Origin: an uncultured Christensenella sp.
GTDB taxonomy: Bacteria; Bacillota; Clostridia; Christensenellales; UBA1242
NCBI GenBank assembly: GCA_949282135.1
Contig: CASDOR010000015.1
Coordinates: forward strand, 8,773 to 72,772
Direction: 5' to 3'
Length of the DNA stretch: 64,000 bases
Shown here: piece after piece, positions 47,534 to 60,300 of the stretch
Layout of the letters: every line of letters begins with the position of its first letter
Position numbering within the stretch: position 1 is the first letter of the stretch
Made by a program: the position numbers and the translations under genes
The notes under the pieces: generated by a model
What the model was told of the DNA's origin: nothing
The model's input: the letters and a program-made list of their open reading frames with translations, nothing else
Databases searched by the model: none

Positions 47534-50500
47534 TTAGGTTATACAACTATACACATTTTTGACAAGCATTAACTTTTTCGACCTATCAAAAGGTTTGCCC
47601 TTGTCAAGCCTTGGACAAATATGCACAAGGTCAGATGACTTATGATAGAAATTATTACTCGAGTCAAACACGCAAATAGTCCTAGAATCCGTCACAACCG
47701 AACTAAACGCAATTTGGTCGCTTGAAAGTTTCAAACCTTTCCTATATCTTGCACTTTCTTCAATATTTGCAACAACTACTCGTTTTGACAAACCATTGCT
47801 ACAAATAACTAAAATCTCACCTTCGCTATTTATAGTCGACGAAACCGACGTGCAGTAGTCATTAGTCGAAAGCATTATTCCCTTCACCCCACCAGCGACA
47901 CGGCCTTGGAGTGGAATGTTATCACTTTTTGCGTTCAAAACAAAACCATCACGAGTTACAAAAACTAAGTTATAACTCTCTTTTTCTTTTTCAACACAGA
48001 TAAGTTCGTCACCCTCTTTAAGCTTTATGCCCTGATAGGACGACTTAAGAAGCGTGTACTCGCTCTTTTCCGTCTTTTTTATCATACCAAAACGAGTGTA
48101 GAACATGAGATTGCCTTTTTCCTTCATTTCCTCTTCGCTAAATACAGCTATAATGTGCTCGCCCTTCTTTAGCCCCTTAAATATAGACCAGTCCGCCACC
48201 CCACGGTCAGCATACTTTGTCTCATTTAGCATCGTCATCTTTGCCTTGTGGACATTTCCCATATTTGTAAACGCAAGAAGTGTCACAAGATTTGTCGCCG
48301 GGAACCTAATAGTCACAAGCTGACTTAAAGGACTATCATCCTCAATCTCCCTTTTTGATAAGTTGTAATTTTTAGCACTTACCACCTTTAAATTTTCCTC
48401 AGCGGTCTTAAGTAAATAAAGCTCTTTTGCAACGACCTCTTTTTCCTGCTCTTCCTCAATCTTTAAGGTCTCGTGCCCCTCTTTTAAGTAGCCGGTATTT
48501 CTCTTTGTTGCATACTTTTTCTTAATCTCAAGCATTTCAACACACACCACTTCAAACTGCTTTTTGGTCGAATTTACAATCTCAGTGTACTTTTTAATTA
48601 ACCTTTCAAGCTCTTTGAGTTCCTCTTCTAATTTGTAAACCTCAAGACTTGTAAGCCTTGCAAGCCTCATATCAAGAATAGCCTGCGCTTGCCTGTCACT
48701 AAGCTTAAACTTTTCCTTAAGACGAGTTTTTGCAACACTAGTATTTTCACTAGTCTTAATAATTTTAACCACCGCATCAATGTTTCTAATGGCAATAATA
48801 AGCCCCTCTAGAATATGTGCCCTCTCAAGTGCTTGCTCAAGGTCGTATTTGGTTCTACGAAGTACAACTTCCCTTTGATACTCAGCATAATATGAAATAA
48901 TGTCAAGAAGCCCCATTTGCTTTGGCTTACCATTTGCAATAGCTACCATATTGACCCCAAAAGTCCCTTGAAGGTCGGTATTTTTAAGAAGTGAATTATA
49001 AATCTTTTTTACACTCGCATCTTTTTTGAGTTTTATAACCGCACGAATACCTTCCCTGTCAGACTCGTCTCTTACGTCTTGAATACCTGTTAGATTATAC
49101 CTTTCTTCTTCCTTTAGTGTAGCAATTTTTTGAAGAAGTACAGCTTTGTTTACTTGATATGGAAGTTCAGTAATAACAATACTCTTTTTTCCGTCATTTC
49201 CGTCCTCAATATGCATTTTTGCCCTCATGTAAATCTTGCCTCGCCCAGTCGAATATGCCTCGTACAATTCTGACGAACTCAAAATATACCCACCAGTTGG
49301 AAAATCCGGGCCCTTAATGATTTTTAGCATTTCTTTTAAGGTTATTTTTGGATTTTTAATGTAGGCTACAACTCCGTCTATAGTCTCCCCTAGATTATGA
49401 GGCGGAATATTTGTCGCAAGCCCAACCGCAATACCAGTCGAACCATTAACAAGTAGATTTGGAAAACGACCTGGAAGCATTTCCGGTTCTTTCAAAGAGT
49501 CGTCAAAGTTTAACCCCCACCTGACAGTATTTTTGTCAAGGTCGCGTAATAGTTCAAGCGCAAGAGGAGAAAGCCTTGCCTCCGTGTACCTCATTGCCGC
49601 CGCATCGTCACCGTCAATACTACCAAAGTTACCATGCCCATCAACTAAAACCTCATTGCAGTTAAAAGGTTGGGCAAGTCTTACCATAGCATCATAAACA
49701 CTACTGTCACCATGTGGGTGATATTTACCTAAGCAGTCACCGACAATCCTCGCCGATTTTTTGTAAGGCTTGTCTGGAGTGTTGCCAAGCTCAAACATGT
49801 CATAAAGTATTCTTCTTTGAACAGGCTTCAAACCATCCTCTACTCTAGGAAGTGCCCTATCAAGAATAACGTGCTCCGAATAAGGTATCATTGACTCATG
49901 TAAAACCGTGTCAATAGTCTTGTAAAGCATGCCATCAACTATCTCTTCAGTGTCACTAAAATATGTCTTTTCAACGTCAGTTTTTTTAATGGTCTTAATC
50001 CCACCAAAAACGTCTTTTCCTCGGCTTACTTCTACTTCACCTACCCCTCTATTTAGGTTTTTTATTTCCTCTCTAGCACGTGCATCTATGTCAAAAATGT
50101 CCTCTATGTCAAACTCCGTGTCTTCATCCTCTATATTTCTTTTAGAAGTGTTTTTAGTACTATTTTCACCCTTTTTTGTGCCAGTACTACGCAAAGAACT
50201 AACACTTGTTTTGCTTTTTTCTAAACTCTCTTTTGCTTTTTTTTGCTTTAATTTGATTTCATTTTTAGAAGCTTTTACGTCTAACTTGTCTACCTTTTTA
50301 CTCCCTATATTGTCCTCTTTTTTTGCCTTCTTGGTTACCCCTTTTGTCTCCTCTTTTTTTACCTTTAAAGCTTTTTCTCGCGTGCTCTCTTTTGTGGTTT
50401 TAATAGCCCCACTCATATTAAAGGTGCTTGATTTTTCTTTTTTTACCTTCTCCTGATAAGTCGCCTTTTTTGGTGCAGGTTTTGAGGAGTCTACTTTCGA

Positions 50501-50839
50501 AGAAACTTTTTTTAAACCGCTTTCCTTTCCAGCACTTGACACACGACTAAGAAGAGCTTGCTCCCTTAAATCTCTATCATCTTTACTTAAACCTTTACTC
50601 ATTTTACTTAGTAGTTCTTTCTTATCGTCTTTTTTCTTCATATTGTCCTCATCTTCTAAAATATTATCAAATCCAATTTGTCCATCAACTAGTCCACCGT
50701 CTCTCTCTTCGTCTTCTTTTTCGTCATCGTTTTCATCATAGTTTCTATAAAAAAGCTCACTAATGTCTATCTGCCCATCTATTACAAAGTCATCTCTTTT
50801 TTCTTCGCCTAAACCTTGCGTTTTATTTTCGTCATCCAC
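47534..50839 (-). CDS. parC: Type IIA topoisomerase subunit A (ParC-like) with ~300-aa N-terminal extension
   Basis: [31 protein letters not shown]; no canonical GyrA-box at the start of the CTD. Confidence 0.85.
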   Translation of the reverse strand: MDDENKTQGLGEEKRDDFVIDGQIDISELFYRNYDENDDEKEDEERDGGLVDGQIGFDNILEDEDNMKKKDDKKELLSKMSKGLSKDDRDLREQALLSRVSSAGKESGLKKVSSKVDSSKPAPKKATYQEKVKKEKSSTFNMSGAIKTTKESTREKALKVKKEETKGVTKKAKKEDNIGSKKVDKLDVKASKNEIKLKQKKAKESLEKSKTSVSSLRSTGTKKGENSTKNTSKRNIEDEDTEFDIEDIFDIDARAREEIKNLNRGVGEVEVSRGKDVFGGIKTIKKTDVEKTYFSDTEEIVDGMLYKTIDTVLHESMIPYSEHVILDRALPRVEDGLKPVQRRILYDMFELGNTPDKPYKKSARIVGDCLGKYHPHGDSSVYDAMVRLAQPFNCNEVLVDGHGNFGSIDGDDAAAMRYTEARLSPLALELLRDLDKNTVRWGLNFDDSLKEPEMLPGRFPNLLVNGSTGIAVGLATNIPPHNLGETIDGVVAYIKNPKITLKEMLKIIKGPDFPTGGYILSSSELYEAYSTGRGKIYMRAKMHIEDGNDGKKSIVITELPYQVNKAVLLQKIATLKEEERYNLTGIQDVRDESDREGIRAVIKLKKDASVKKIYNSLLKNTDLQGTFGVNMVAIANGKPKQMGLLDIISYYAEYQREVVLRRTKYDLEQALERAHILEGLIIAIRNIDAVVKIIKTSENTSVAKTRLKEKFKLSDRQAQAILDMRLARLTSLEVYKLEEELKELERLIKKYTEIVNSTKKQFEVVCVEMLEIKKKYATKRNTGYLKEGHETLKIEEEQEKEVVAKELYLLKTAEENLKVVSAKNYNLSKREIEDDSPLSQLVTIRFPATNLVTLLAFTNMGNVHKAKMTMLNETKYADRGVADWSIFKGLKKGEHIIAVFSEEEMKEKGNLMFYTRFGMIKKTEKSEYTLLKSSYQGIKLKEGDELICVEKEKESYNLVFVTRDGFVLNAKSDNIPLQGRVAGGVKGIMLSTNDYCTSVSSTINSEGEILVICSNGLSKRVVVANIEESARYRKGLKLSSDQIAFSSVVTDSRTICVFDSSNNFYHKSSDLVHICPRLDKGKPFDRSKKLMLVKNVYSCIT

Positions 50840-51183
50840 GGCTTTCCCTTCTTATTTTCAAAAAGTCCAATTTTCTTCATTTTTTTGCTTTTCCTTTATA
50901 AAACTATGATTTATTGTATTTGTAGACTAGCTGTATTTTTATATCTTTTCTAATTAGCTACATTTTCATATGCTTGTAGACATACTTTTATTTTAATATG
51001 TTTGTTTGCAGCCTAGCTGTATTTTAATTTTATAGTCTTGCTTTAATTTTACTATGTTTATAACCTAGCTGTATTTTGCTTTATAAATTAGCACCATATT
51101 TTGCTTTTTATAGTCTTGCTTTTGTATTTGCTTTTTATTTGTAGTTAGGTTATGTTAACTAAAATTTTGTAAAATGTTCTAGA

Positions 51184-53133
51184 TTACCTTGCTTTTTCTT
51201 CAAACTTAATAAAGCTATCTTCCTTATCAAAGTCAACATATTCAGCAAGATATTTTTTTCTTGCGTCAATGTCGTTACCCATTAGAGTTGTGATAAGTTT
51301 TTCAGCATTTGCAATATCGTCAATACCAACTCTAACTAAAGTCCTACGTTCTGGGTCCATAGTAGTTTCCCATAATTGGTCAGCATTCATTTCCCCAAGA
51401 CCTTTATATCTTTGAAGAGAATAACCTTTACCAAATTTTTTTATCACCCCCGGCAGTTCCTTATCAGAATACACGTATTCAATCTGCCCTTTTTTCTCCA
51501 CCTTATAAAGTGGTGGAAGTCCAATATAAACATGCCCTTGAGTGACAAGCTCCTTCATATACCTAAAGAAGAACGTCAAAAGAATTGACCTAATGTGTGC
51601 ACCGTCTTGGTCAGCATCAGATAAAATTATCACCTTATGAAATTTAAGTGAATTTAAATCAAAATCATCCCCAATACCAGTACCAAGACTTGCAATTATT
51701 GTCCTAATTTCCTCATTTGCAAGAACTTGGTCAAGACGTTTTTTCTCAGCATTAAGAGGCTTACCACGAAGAGGAAGAATTGCCTGAAAGCTCCTATCTC
51801 TTGCCTGTTTTGCAGTACCTCCAGCACTGTTTCCTTCGACTATAAATAATTCGTTAAGCTCTGGCTTCCTTCCAGAACACACCGCAAGTTTGCCAATAAG
51901 GCTAGAATTTTCAATGCTATTTTTTTGACGAGTAAGTTCCTTTGCCTTTTTGGTCGCAAGTCTTACCCTTTGCGCTTCTTTTGCCTTTTGCATAATTTGG
52001 TTTGCAATGCTACCATTTTCCTTTCTATCAAAGAACCTTGTTAGCTCGCTCACCACCATATTCTCAACTATACCCTTAACCTCAGGATTACCAAGTTTTG
52101 TCTTTGTCTGCCCCTCAAACTCAATGTCCCTCATTTTAATTGACAAAACTGCACTTAACCCCTCTTTGTAGTCGTCAGGGAGCAAATTTTCTTCTTTGTC
52201 TTTTAGTAAATTTAGTTTTCTAGCAATAGTATTCATTGCCTTAGTAAGCCCTGACCTAAGCCCCGCCTCGTGTGTACCGCCCTCAGTTGTCGGAATATTG
52301 TTTACATAAGAAAAAACACTTTCATTATAACTATTTGTGTAAACGAGTGCCAAACTCATTTTAAGCCTATCGCACTCACTTTCAATATATAGCGGTGGAC
52401 GGAAAAGAGGTGTCTTTGCATCATTTAAGTAGTCAATAAAATCAACAAGTCCGCCTTTGTACTTGTATATATTTTCTTCCCCTGTCACTTCGTCATTAAA
52501 AATAATCTCTAGCCCTTTATTTAAAAAAGCGAGTTCCTTAAGCCTCTTTTTAATAACACCACTCTCAAGCTTATTTTCATTAAAAATACGAGCGTCCGGC
52601 ATAAAGGTAATCACACTACCTGTTCTTGAAGTGCTCCCAACAACTTTTAGGTCCTTGTACTTTACTCCACCATGTACTTTGCCCTTTTTGTCAGCGGTGC
52701 TTCTAAAACCAATTTCGTAAATCTTTCCGTCTCTATAAATGCGAGCATCAAGATACTCACTAAGCGCATTAGTAACACTCGCCCCAACTCCGTGCAAACC
52801 GCCAGAATAGGAATAGTTATGACTATCAAACTTTCCGCCAGCATGAAGCTTTGTAAAAACGAGCTCCGCCCCAGACACCTTATAGGTTGGATGAATGTCA
52901 ACAGGAATACCTCTTCCGTCATCTTCAACAGTCGCCGAACCATCTTTATGAAGAGTAACTATAATTTTACTACCATACCCATTTGAAATCTCGTCAATCG
53001 AGTTGTCTACAATCTCCCATAAAATATGGTGTACACCTTTACTACCAGTACTACCAATATACATGCCGGGTCTAAGCCTTACCGCATCAAGACCTTCTAG
53101 AACAACCAAATCCTTTGCGTTATATTCTTTCAA
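51184..53133 (-). CDS. parE: Type IIA topoisomerase subunit B (ParE-like)
   Basis: RPGMYIG, EIVDNS, SGGLHGVG, VEGNSAGG, PLRGK, DADQDG, RYKGLGEM. Confidence 0.85.
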   Translation of the reverse strand: MKEYNAKDLVVLEGLDAVRLRPGMYIGSTGSKGVHHILWEIVDNSIDEISNGYGSKIIVTLHKDGSATVEDDGRGIPVDIHPTYKVSGAELVFTKLHAGGKFDSHNYSYSGGLHGVGASVTNALSEYLDARIYRDGKIYEIGFRSTADKKGKVHGGVKYKDLKVVGSTSRTGSVITFMPDARIFNENKLESGVIKKRLKELAFLNKGLEIIFNDEVTGEENIYKYKGGLVDFIDYLNDAKTPLFRPPLYIESECDRLKMSLALVYTNSYNESVFSYVNNIPTTEGGTHEAGLRSGLTKAMNTIARKLNLLKDKEENLLPDDYKEGLSAVLSIKMRDIEFEGQTKTKLGNPEVKGIVENMVVSELTRFFDRKENGSIANQIMQKAKEAQRVRLATKKAKELTRQKNSIENSSLIGKLAVCSGRKPELNELFIVEGNSAGGTAKQARDRSFQAILPLRGKPLNAEKKRLDQVLANEEIRTIIASLGTGIGDDFDLNSLKFHKVIILSDADQDGAHIRSILLTFFFRYMKELVTQGHVYIGLPPLYKVEKKGQIEYVYSDKELPGVIKKFGKGYSLQRYKGLGEMNADQLWETTMDPERRTLVRVGIDDIANAEKLITTLMGNDIDARKKYLAEYVDFDKEDSFIKFEEKAR

Positions 53134-53246
53134 TCGTTTACTGCCTCCTAGAAATACTACTTTTATTGTAATCTAGTTTAGCATATTTTAAAAACTTTTT
53201 CAAATCATATTGTCTAGTTTTTCACGTCTTTTTTAGTCTTTTTCCG

Positions 53247-53592
53247 TGCCAAATCTCCACTTCTACTTTATTGTAACCACGTATCTCCCCATGCCAAATC
53301 TCCACTTCTACCTTGTTGTAACCACGCATCTCTCCCTGCCAAATCTCAACTTCTATGTTGTTGTAACTATATACACCTCAACACCAAATCTCTAACTCCA
53401 TTTTGTTGTAACAGTGTAGCCTCCGCGTCAAATTTCTAATTCTATTTTGTTGTAACCGCGTATCTCTCCCTGCCAAGTCTCCACTTCCACCTTGTTGTAA
53501 CCACGTATCTCCCCATGCCAAATCTCTAATTCTAATTTGTTGTAATAGTATACCGTGCCAAATCTCTAACTCCACTTTGTTGTAACCGTGCA
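53247..53592. repeat. ~45-bp tandem repeat, ~8 copies (TGCCAAATCTC..CTTCTA..TTGTTGTAAC...)
   Basis: Directly visible upstream of parE. Confidence 0.85.
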
Positions 53593-54018
53593 CCACTTAG
53601 CATAAAAGACCCTAAATTTCCTTTTTTTGACCTACAAACTAAAGCCCACCAACTCCTTTATTGAAACACCAAAGCCTACCAAAAAAACTTTTCTTTTTTT
53701 TGACCAAAGTTTGTCTTCAAAAAAATTTCCTTTTTTTGCCCCTCAAGCCAAAAAACCTATCAAAAAAAATAAAAAAAACCTATTAATGAAGTAAAACTTA
53801 GAAGTTTCATCTCAAAAATAGGTCTTTTCCATTTTTCATCGTGCACCTGGCTAAAAAAGGTTTTGTCTTTTGTTTTAAAATTTCTTTTGTTTTTTGTATA
53901 CTTTTATCTTTTGTTCGTTTTTCACTTGTATACTTTTGTGTTTTGTATAATTTATCTTTTGATTATACGTTTGTTTGTTTTTTTGCGTAAATTAAGGTTG
54001 TTTAATAATTTTTTTCAT

Positions 54019-54363
54019 TTATGCTATGTAATAACTTATATCTGTTTGAGTATTGCCTTTAAATTCGTTAAAGCACACAATAACTTTGTTTTTTAAAGGT
54101 GCATATTCATAAAAAGCAACTAAAACATTAAAGTCATCTGGCATTTTGTATCTTACTCTTTCTATGAGTACCGCGTTGTTAGTAGCATCGTCCATATCAA
54201 ATCTTTTTTTACCTTTTGAGTTAATACCAGAACTATCAACTTTTTCATAGTTTTTGTCCATCCACTCTTTAATCTCGCGAGGAAAATCCGAAGTTTCAGA
54301 TATGGTCTTTACTTGCGATAAATGTAGAAACAAATTTTCTTTTGACCCTAGCATCCCCTTCAT
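54019..54363 (-). CDS. Hypothetical protein
   Basis: 114 aa with AAGGAG SD. Confidence 0.7.
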   Translation of the reverse strand: MKGMLGSKENLFLHLSQVKTISETSDFPREIKEWMDKNYEKVDSSGINSKGKKRFDMDDATNNAVLIERVRYKMPDDFNVLVAFYEYAPLKNKVIVCFNEFKGNTQTDISYYIA

Positions 54364-54694
54364 ACACTCCTTTTAATTTAGATTTTTTTGACTTTCACCT
54401 TCTTAAACCAAATGCCACTTAAGCCGTATAACTTCCTGCCTATCTTATGTTACCAACTGTGGAAAAAATTGTAAATAGAATAAATTGTCTTAAAATATAT
54501 TTAAATGACATAAATTGGTGCTTTTTGTCGATTTTTGCACTTGCTTCCCAGAATTTTAGGAATTAAAAAAGCACAAAAGAAACAAACCCCTATTTTTAAG
54601 CCTAAAAAAGCCAAATAAATGTCAAATTTTAACACATAAAATAATACAACAATTTCTAATACCAAACTTTAAAAGTAAAACAAATTAAAACCAT

Positions 54695-54975
54695 AAAAAT
54701 TTACAGCCCAACAATTTAGACCACGTCAATTTAGACCACAACAATTTACAGTCCATCAATTTACAGACATCAATTTACAGACATCAATTTACAGACATCA
54801 ATTTACAGACATCAATTTAGAACACAACAATATAGAGTACAACAATTTAGAGTACAGCAACTTAGAATACAATAATTTAGAGTACAGCAACTTAGAATAC
54901 AATAATTTAGAGTACAACAAATTAGAGTACAGCAATTTAGAGCACAGCAATTTAGAGCACAGCAATTTAGAACAC
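54695..54975. repeat. 14-15-bp tandem repeat, ~18 copies (CAATTTAGAGTACAR / CAATTTACAGACAT)
   Basis: Directly visible. Confidence 0.9.
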
Positions 54976-55082
54976 ACAAAAACAGCCTTAAAAAAACTTT
55001 CCTCTTTCTTCTAAATTTTAAGGAAGGCTTAATTTTTTAAAATCATATAATTTAGCACCGCCCTAACGCTTAAAATAAAAAA

Positions 55083-56147
55083 TTATTTTTTATTTTTCTT
55101 CACAGTGTCTAAAATGACATTTACAATGTTCTCTGCCCCAGAAAAAGCTAAACTCTCATTTTCCTTTGAGACCTTGTAATTGGAACTAGAATTATATAGT
55201 CTATCAATTTCTTCCTCTAATAGTCTTGGTGTAAGTTTTCCTTGAAAAATCATACTCGCCCCATACCTTTCCTTAAAATATTTAGCATTCTCAACTTGAT
55301 CCCCTCGACTTGATTTGCTTTTTGGAAGCGGAATAAGTAGCATTTTCTTATTTAAACTAAGTAACTCGTATATAACACCGCTACCGGCACGAGATACCAC
55401 AATGTCACTAAGTGCAAATAAATGCTCGATTTCATTAGAGTATTCAGCTTGGTAGTAATTGTCACACTCTATTTTTTTGCCCTTGTTTTTTCCGACAATA
55501 TGAATAACATTATATTTTTTTGTTAACTCTTGCACCGCACTAAAAACCACTTCGTTAATAAAACTTGCCCCTGTCGACCCACCAATAAACAAAACATAAG
55601 GACGAGGTCTAGTTAGCTTTGTAATCTCCATTCCGCGTGCCTTGTCGCCTTTTTTAAGCTCCTCCCTAATTGGTGCCCCAGTATAAACACCTTTTTTTAA
55701 CCCCTCTTTTGTCTTTTCAAAGGTCGTGCAAAAAGCCCTAGAGAGTCTATAAATAATCTTATTCGCCCTACCAATACTTAAATCAGACTCATGACTCACA
55801 ATTGGAATTTTACGAAAATACGCCGCAAAACACACCGGCAAAGACACGTAGCCACCTTTTGAAAAAACTATGTCCGGCTTAATTTCATCAAGCATGCTCC
55901 CGGCACTTTTCACCACCTTCAAAAGTTTAAAGGGAAGCAAAAAATTTTTTAATTTGTGCTCTTTGTCTAGCTTAACACTTTCAATTTCATAAAAATCAAT
56001 ATTTTTGTGCTCCATTACAATCTGCTTTTCAATTCCATTTGAACCAATATAGCAAATCTCCCCAAAATGCTTTTCTAGATATGGCAACAAACTAATATTT
56101 GGAATGACATGCCCGCCAGTCCCTCCGCCTGTTAAAACTATTTTCAT
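55083..56147 (-). CDS. murG: MurG glycosyltransferase
   Basis: TGGGTGGHV.P, KGGYVS, HESD, GGSTGA, SRAG, Q.ENA. Confidence 0.95.
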   Translation of the reverse strand: MKIVLTGGGTGGHVIPNISLLPYLEKHFGEICYIGSNGIEKQIVMEHKNIDFYEIESVKLDKEHKLKNFLLPFKLLKVVKSAGSMLDEIKPDIVFSKGGYVSLPVCFAAYFRKIPIVSHESDLSIGRANKIIYRLSRAFCTTFEKTKEGLKKGVYTGAPIREELKKGDKARGMEITKLTRPRPYVLFIGGSTGASFINEVVFSAVQELTKKYNVIHIVGKNKGKKIECDNYYQAEYSNEIEHLFALSDIVVSRAGSGVIYELLSLNKKMLLIPLPKSKSSRGDQVENAKYFKERYGASMIFQGKLTPRLLEEEIDRLYNSSSNYKVSKENESLAFSGAENIVNVILDTVKKNKK

Positions 56148-56574
56148 ACTAGTATTTTATGCATATTTTTACTTTTTAGTTTGAATTTTAAATTAAAATG
56201 TTTTTCTTAAGCAAAAATAAACCCAAAACAAAATAAAAAAGAGGACAAATCCCCTTTTTTAAATAACAAATAATATTATATTCAAATTTTAGTCACAAGC
56301 TACCCACTTACTCTAGCCCGTCCATATAAAACGTTTAACCCTACTCCTAGTCTTAACTGTTGCACCGGCAAAAAAAACTTATAACTTCAAATTTTATTGT
56401 TGCAATTATTGTTTTTTTTGTAACCTTTTAAACTCATACACCAACAAACACTATCTACTCTCCCCCCACATTTTAGCAAGATAATGTTATTAGTCTTGTT
56501 TTAGTTTTATTTACACAAGCTTTTAAGCAAGAAAATTTATAATAGGCGAAATTTTTTAGTCATCAAAAACAAAC

Positions 56575-57042
56575 TTAGTCTAAAATGAGTCCCATGTCAA
56601 GAGTCATGCCAAATTCACTCATCATGTCACCTTCAAGTTCCGCCCCCTTAGCAAACTCACTGGTAATAGAAGCGAGAAATCCGCTAGCCAGTTGCCCAAA
56701 TTTAGTTTTTTTACCCTTGTTTCCAGTCGTATTCTTAAAAATGTTTGCAAAAACTGCACAAATGGTGTTTTGAGCAATCTTAAAAAATAAACTGCTCTTT
56801 TTACCAGTTAAACTCTTAATAAAAACAACATTGTCCCCAAAAGAAACCCTTCTTGTCCCCTCACTAATAAACTCAATTTTGACTGGTGTCTTTTTAAATT
56901 TCTTCCTTTTGTCCACCGGCAAATTAGATAAAATGTACTCTAAAGTCTTATTTTCATAAAACTTCACACACTCACGCACAACCTCGACCTTCTCTTTGTC
57001 ACCTAGTTTTTCCCACTTACTATAACCTTTAAGAAACTCCAT
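56575..57042 (-). CDS. Hypothetical protein
   Basis: 155 aa with AAGGA SD; TTGACA-16bp-TACAAT upstream (57269-57242). Confidence 0.7.
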   Translation of the reverse strand: MEFLKGYSKWEKLGDKEKVEVVRECVKFYENKTLEYILSNLPVDKRKKFKKTPVKIEFISEGTRRVSFGDNVVFIKSLTGKKSSLFFKIAQNTICAVFANIFKNTTGNKGKKTKFGQLASGFLASITSEFAKGAELEGDMMSEFGMTLDMGLILD

Positions 57043-57358
57043 ATTTTCCTTTCCTTTTATTTAGTAGGTTTTTTTTGTTTCCCTAAGCTATCATTTTAAG
57101 CACTTAAATCTTTTTTAAAACTATAAACTTGCTATGAATAAGCTTGAGACAAAAACCAACATGAATTTTAAATATATATATTTTCTAAAACCCCTCACAC
57201 TCAAAAATTTTAACTACCCCTAAAAACTCTCTACCAATCATATTGTACCACACTTAAAAAATTTGTCAAAACACTTTTTTTAACTCCACTCTTCTTGTTT
57301 TCCTAAAAACCTAAACCTCTTTACCCTTCACCCTCTTCATTTTCTCCTTTTATCTCCA

Positions 57359-60300
57359 TTAAATCAACTTAGGCTCTCCAGTCACCTCATCGTATACCCA
57401 AGTAACATTAAGTCCAAAATGTATTGGGCTAAAAGGTAAAGCTAGCATATTAGAACTCCATCCGCTTGGCATGCTCTCAACCTCGCAGTAAACAACTAAT
57501 CTATAGCAACCTGAAAAAACACCATCACCGATAGTTGTGACACTTTCAGGGATTACAACGCTAGCTAACTTTGTGCAGTATGCAAATGCTGCTGCTCCTA
57601 TAGTTGTCACACTTTCAGGTATGCTTACGCTTGTAATATCAAGCCCCGCAAACGCATATGGAGAAATTTCAGTAATTGTATCAGGCAATTCAAGTCTAGT
57701 AATATGCTCACCATTTTCATAAAGCGACACTTTTGCTTTTGAAAAAGAAGCAACAAGCAAATAATAACCGAGTGGAATTTCTCCCCATTCTAAGTAACTT
57801 TCTATACTTTCAATTTCTAATTTTATATTTGATAAACTAGGACAATATGCAAACGTACCTTCTCCTATTATTTTTACACTTGCTGACATGACAATTTCTT
57901 TTAGATTACTGCAATACATAAATGCACCTTCTCCTATAGCTGTCACACTTTCAGGAATTACAATGCTAGCTAAATTTGTGCAGTATGCAAATGCACCTTC
58001 TCCTATAGCTGTCACACTTTCAGGAATTACAATGCTAGCTAAATTTGTGCAGTATGCAAATGCATATTCTCCTATAGCTGTCACACTTTCAGGAATTACA
58101 ATGCTAGCTAAATTTGTGCAGTATGCAAATGCATATTCTCCTATAGTTGTCACACTTTCAGGAATGCTTACGCTTGTAATATCAAGCCCCAAAAAAGCAT
58201 ATGAAGGTATATTAGTAACCGCATCTGGTATTGTAATCTCTGTTAAATGTGTAGCATTTTCATAAAGAGATATGTTTACGTTTATATTTAAAGGGTCACT
58301 TGCATCAGTAAGTATTAATTCAAGGATTTGAAGGGTTAAAGGAACAGGATTTGTTGCCACATTTTCTAAATAACTTTCCAAACTTTCAATTTCTAATTTG
58401 ACATTAACTATATTATAACACCCCTCAAAAGCATTCTCTCCTATACTGGCAACACAACTAGGAATTGTAAGATTAGTAATATTTGTTTTGCCACTAAATG
58501 CTCCCCCAAATATTTGATAGGTATCAAAACTCAAATCAGTAAAAGCAGCTCTTACATCTTCTATGCTTGGTAACGTTACATCGCTTTCATCCCCATTGTA
58601 ACTCTGCAAATACATTGTCCCATTTCTGTATAGAAAAGTATAATCTCCTATATCTTTTGACTCATCAGGATCACCCGGTTGCCCATCAAGACTTGTGTAT
58701 ACATTTTCTGCATAATAGGCTATATAACCAAAATCTCTAGAACCTGCAGTTATATAAAGATTACTTAAGTTATATACCTCTGCCAAATTAATACAACCAT
58801 AAAATGCACTAGATCCAATACTAGTGACACCCTTTGGAACTGTAACAACGGTTATACTTTCATTATAGTAAAAAGCATATTGATATATTCCGTACGTTTG
58901 CCCCTCTTCTAAAGTTGGAAGTGTAATTTTTCCGCCTTGTCCTTGGTAAGCCACTAAATAATGATTGCCATCTAAGCCCTTATACATTATATATTCATTG
59001 TTGTTGCCCGCATAATAGAATCCACTATCTTCAGTTGTTTTTATGCTTTCTGCATAGTATCCTACATAACCATTATCACTACTTCCCGCCTCTATATTAA
59101 GACTACTTAAATTATACACTTCGACTAGTTTATAGCAATAGTCAAATGCATATCTTCCAATACTTACAACACTACTTGGAATTACAACAGATATAAGACC
59201 ATTGCAATTTTGAAATGCATAATTACCAATACTAGTGACACCTTCTGGAATTGTAATAGAAATAAGATCACTACATCTAAAAAAAGCATATTGATATATT
59301 TCGTATGTTTGCCCCTCTTCTAAAGTTGGAAGTGTAATATCTCCGCCTTGCCCTTGATAAGCCATTAAATAATGATTACCATCTAAATCCTCATACATTA
59401 AAAATTCGTTGTTATCTTTTAAATAATAGAAACCAGTTTCTTCTGTTGTTCTTATGGCTTTTGCATAATATCCTACGTAGCCAAAACTAGAAGAGCCTGC
59501 TGTGATGTTAAGATTACTTAAGTTGCGTACCTCAATGAGTTTAGCACAACCAGAAAATGCAGAACTTCCTATACTCGTGACACTCTCTGGTATCGTAATA
59601 TTCGTCAAACTACTGCAATTATAAAATGCACCACTTCCTATACTCTTGACACTATTTGGTATCGTAACACTTGATAAATGTCTTACATTATGAAAAGCAT
59701 AGAATGGAATACTATCCACTTCCTCTGGTATAACTAAATCAGTAACAAGTTCTCCTTTAACATACAAATTCACATCTCGACTTGTGGCACGTAATGGGCT
59801 AGAATAATAGGCATACCATGAAGACAAGTTTTCAAATACAATATTAAGATAACTTGCTACATCTCCTATATAAAGTTCATTAATGTTAGAACAGTCACGA
59901 AAAGCTGAATTGCCTATCTCTGTGACACTACTTGGTATTGTGAAACTAGTAAGATTAGAACACGTATCGAATGCGTAACTTCCTATAGTTTGTAATCTTG
60001 AATTTTCTCCAATATTCACACTCTTTAGACTGCTACACAATCTAAATGCATCACCTCCAATATCTGTAACACTATCTGGAATTGTGACACTCGTCAAACT
60101 ACTGCAACCAGAAAATGCATTATTTCCAATGCTAGTGACACCCTCTGGAATTGTGACACTTACTATATCTTTGGCACCCATAAAAGCCCAATCCGGAATT
60201 GTTGCAATGTTATCTGGCAAAACTAAATCTGTAACAAGTTTTCCTTCTACATATAACCTTCCACCCGGTGCCGATTCGTAACCTTGTAAACTTTTTAGAT

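Noticed and set aside
47534-53133. gyrA/gyrB call
   Set aside because: No canonical GyrA-box and no dnaA-dnaN-recF context; a topo IV-like pair is more likely
53247-53592. CRISPR array
   Set aside because: Repeats are degenerate, linkers only ~10-15 bp and mutually similar, and there are no cas genes in the window
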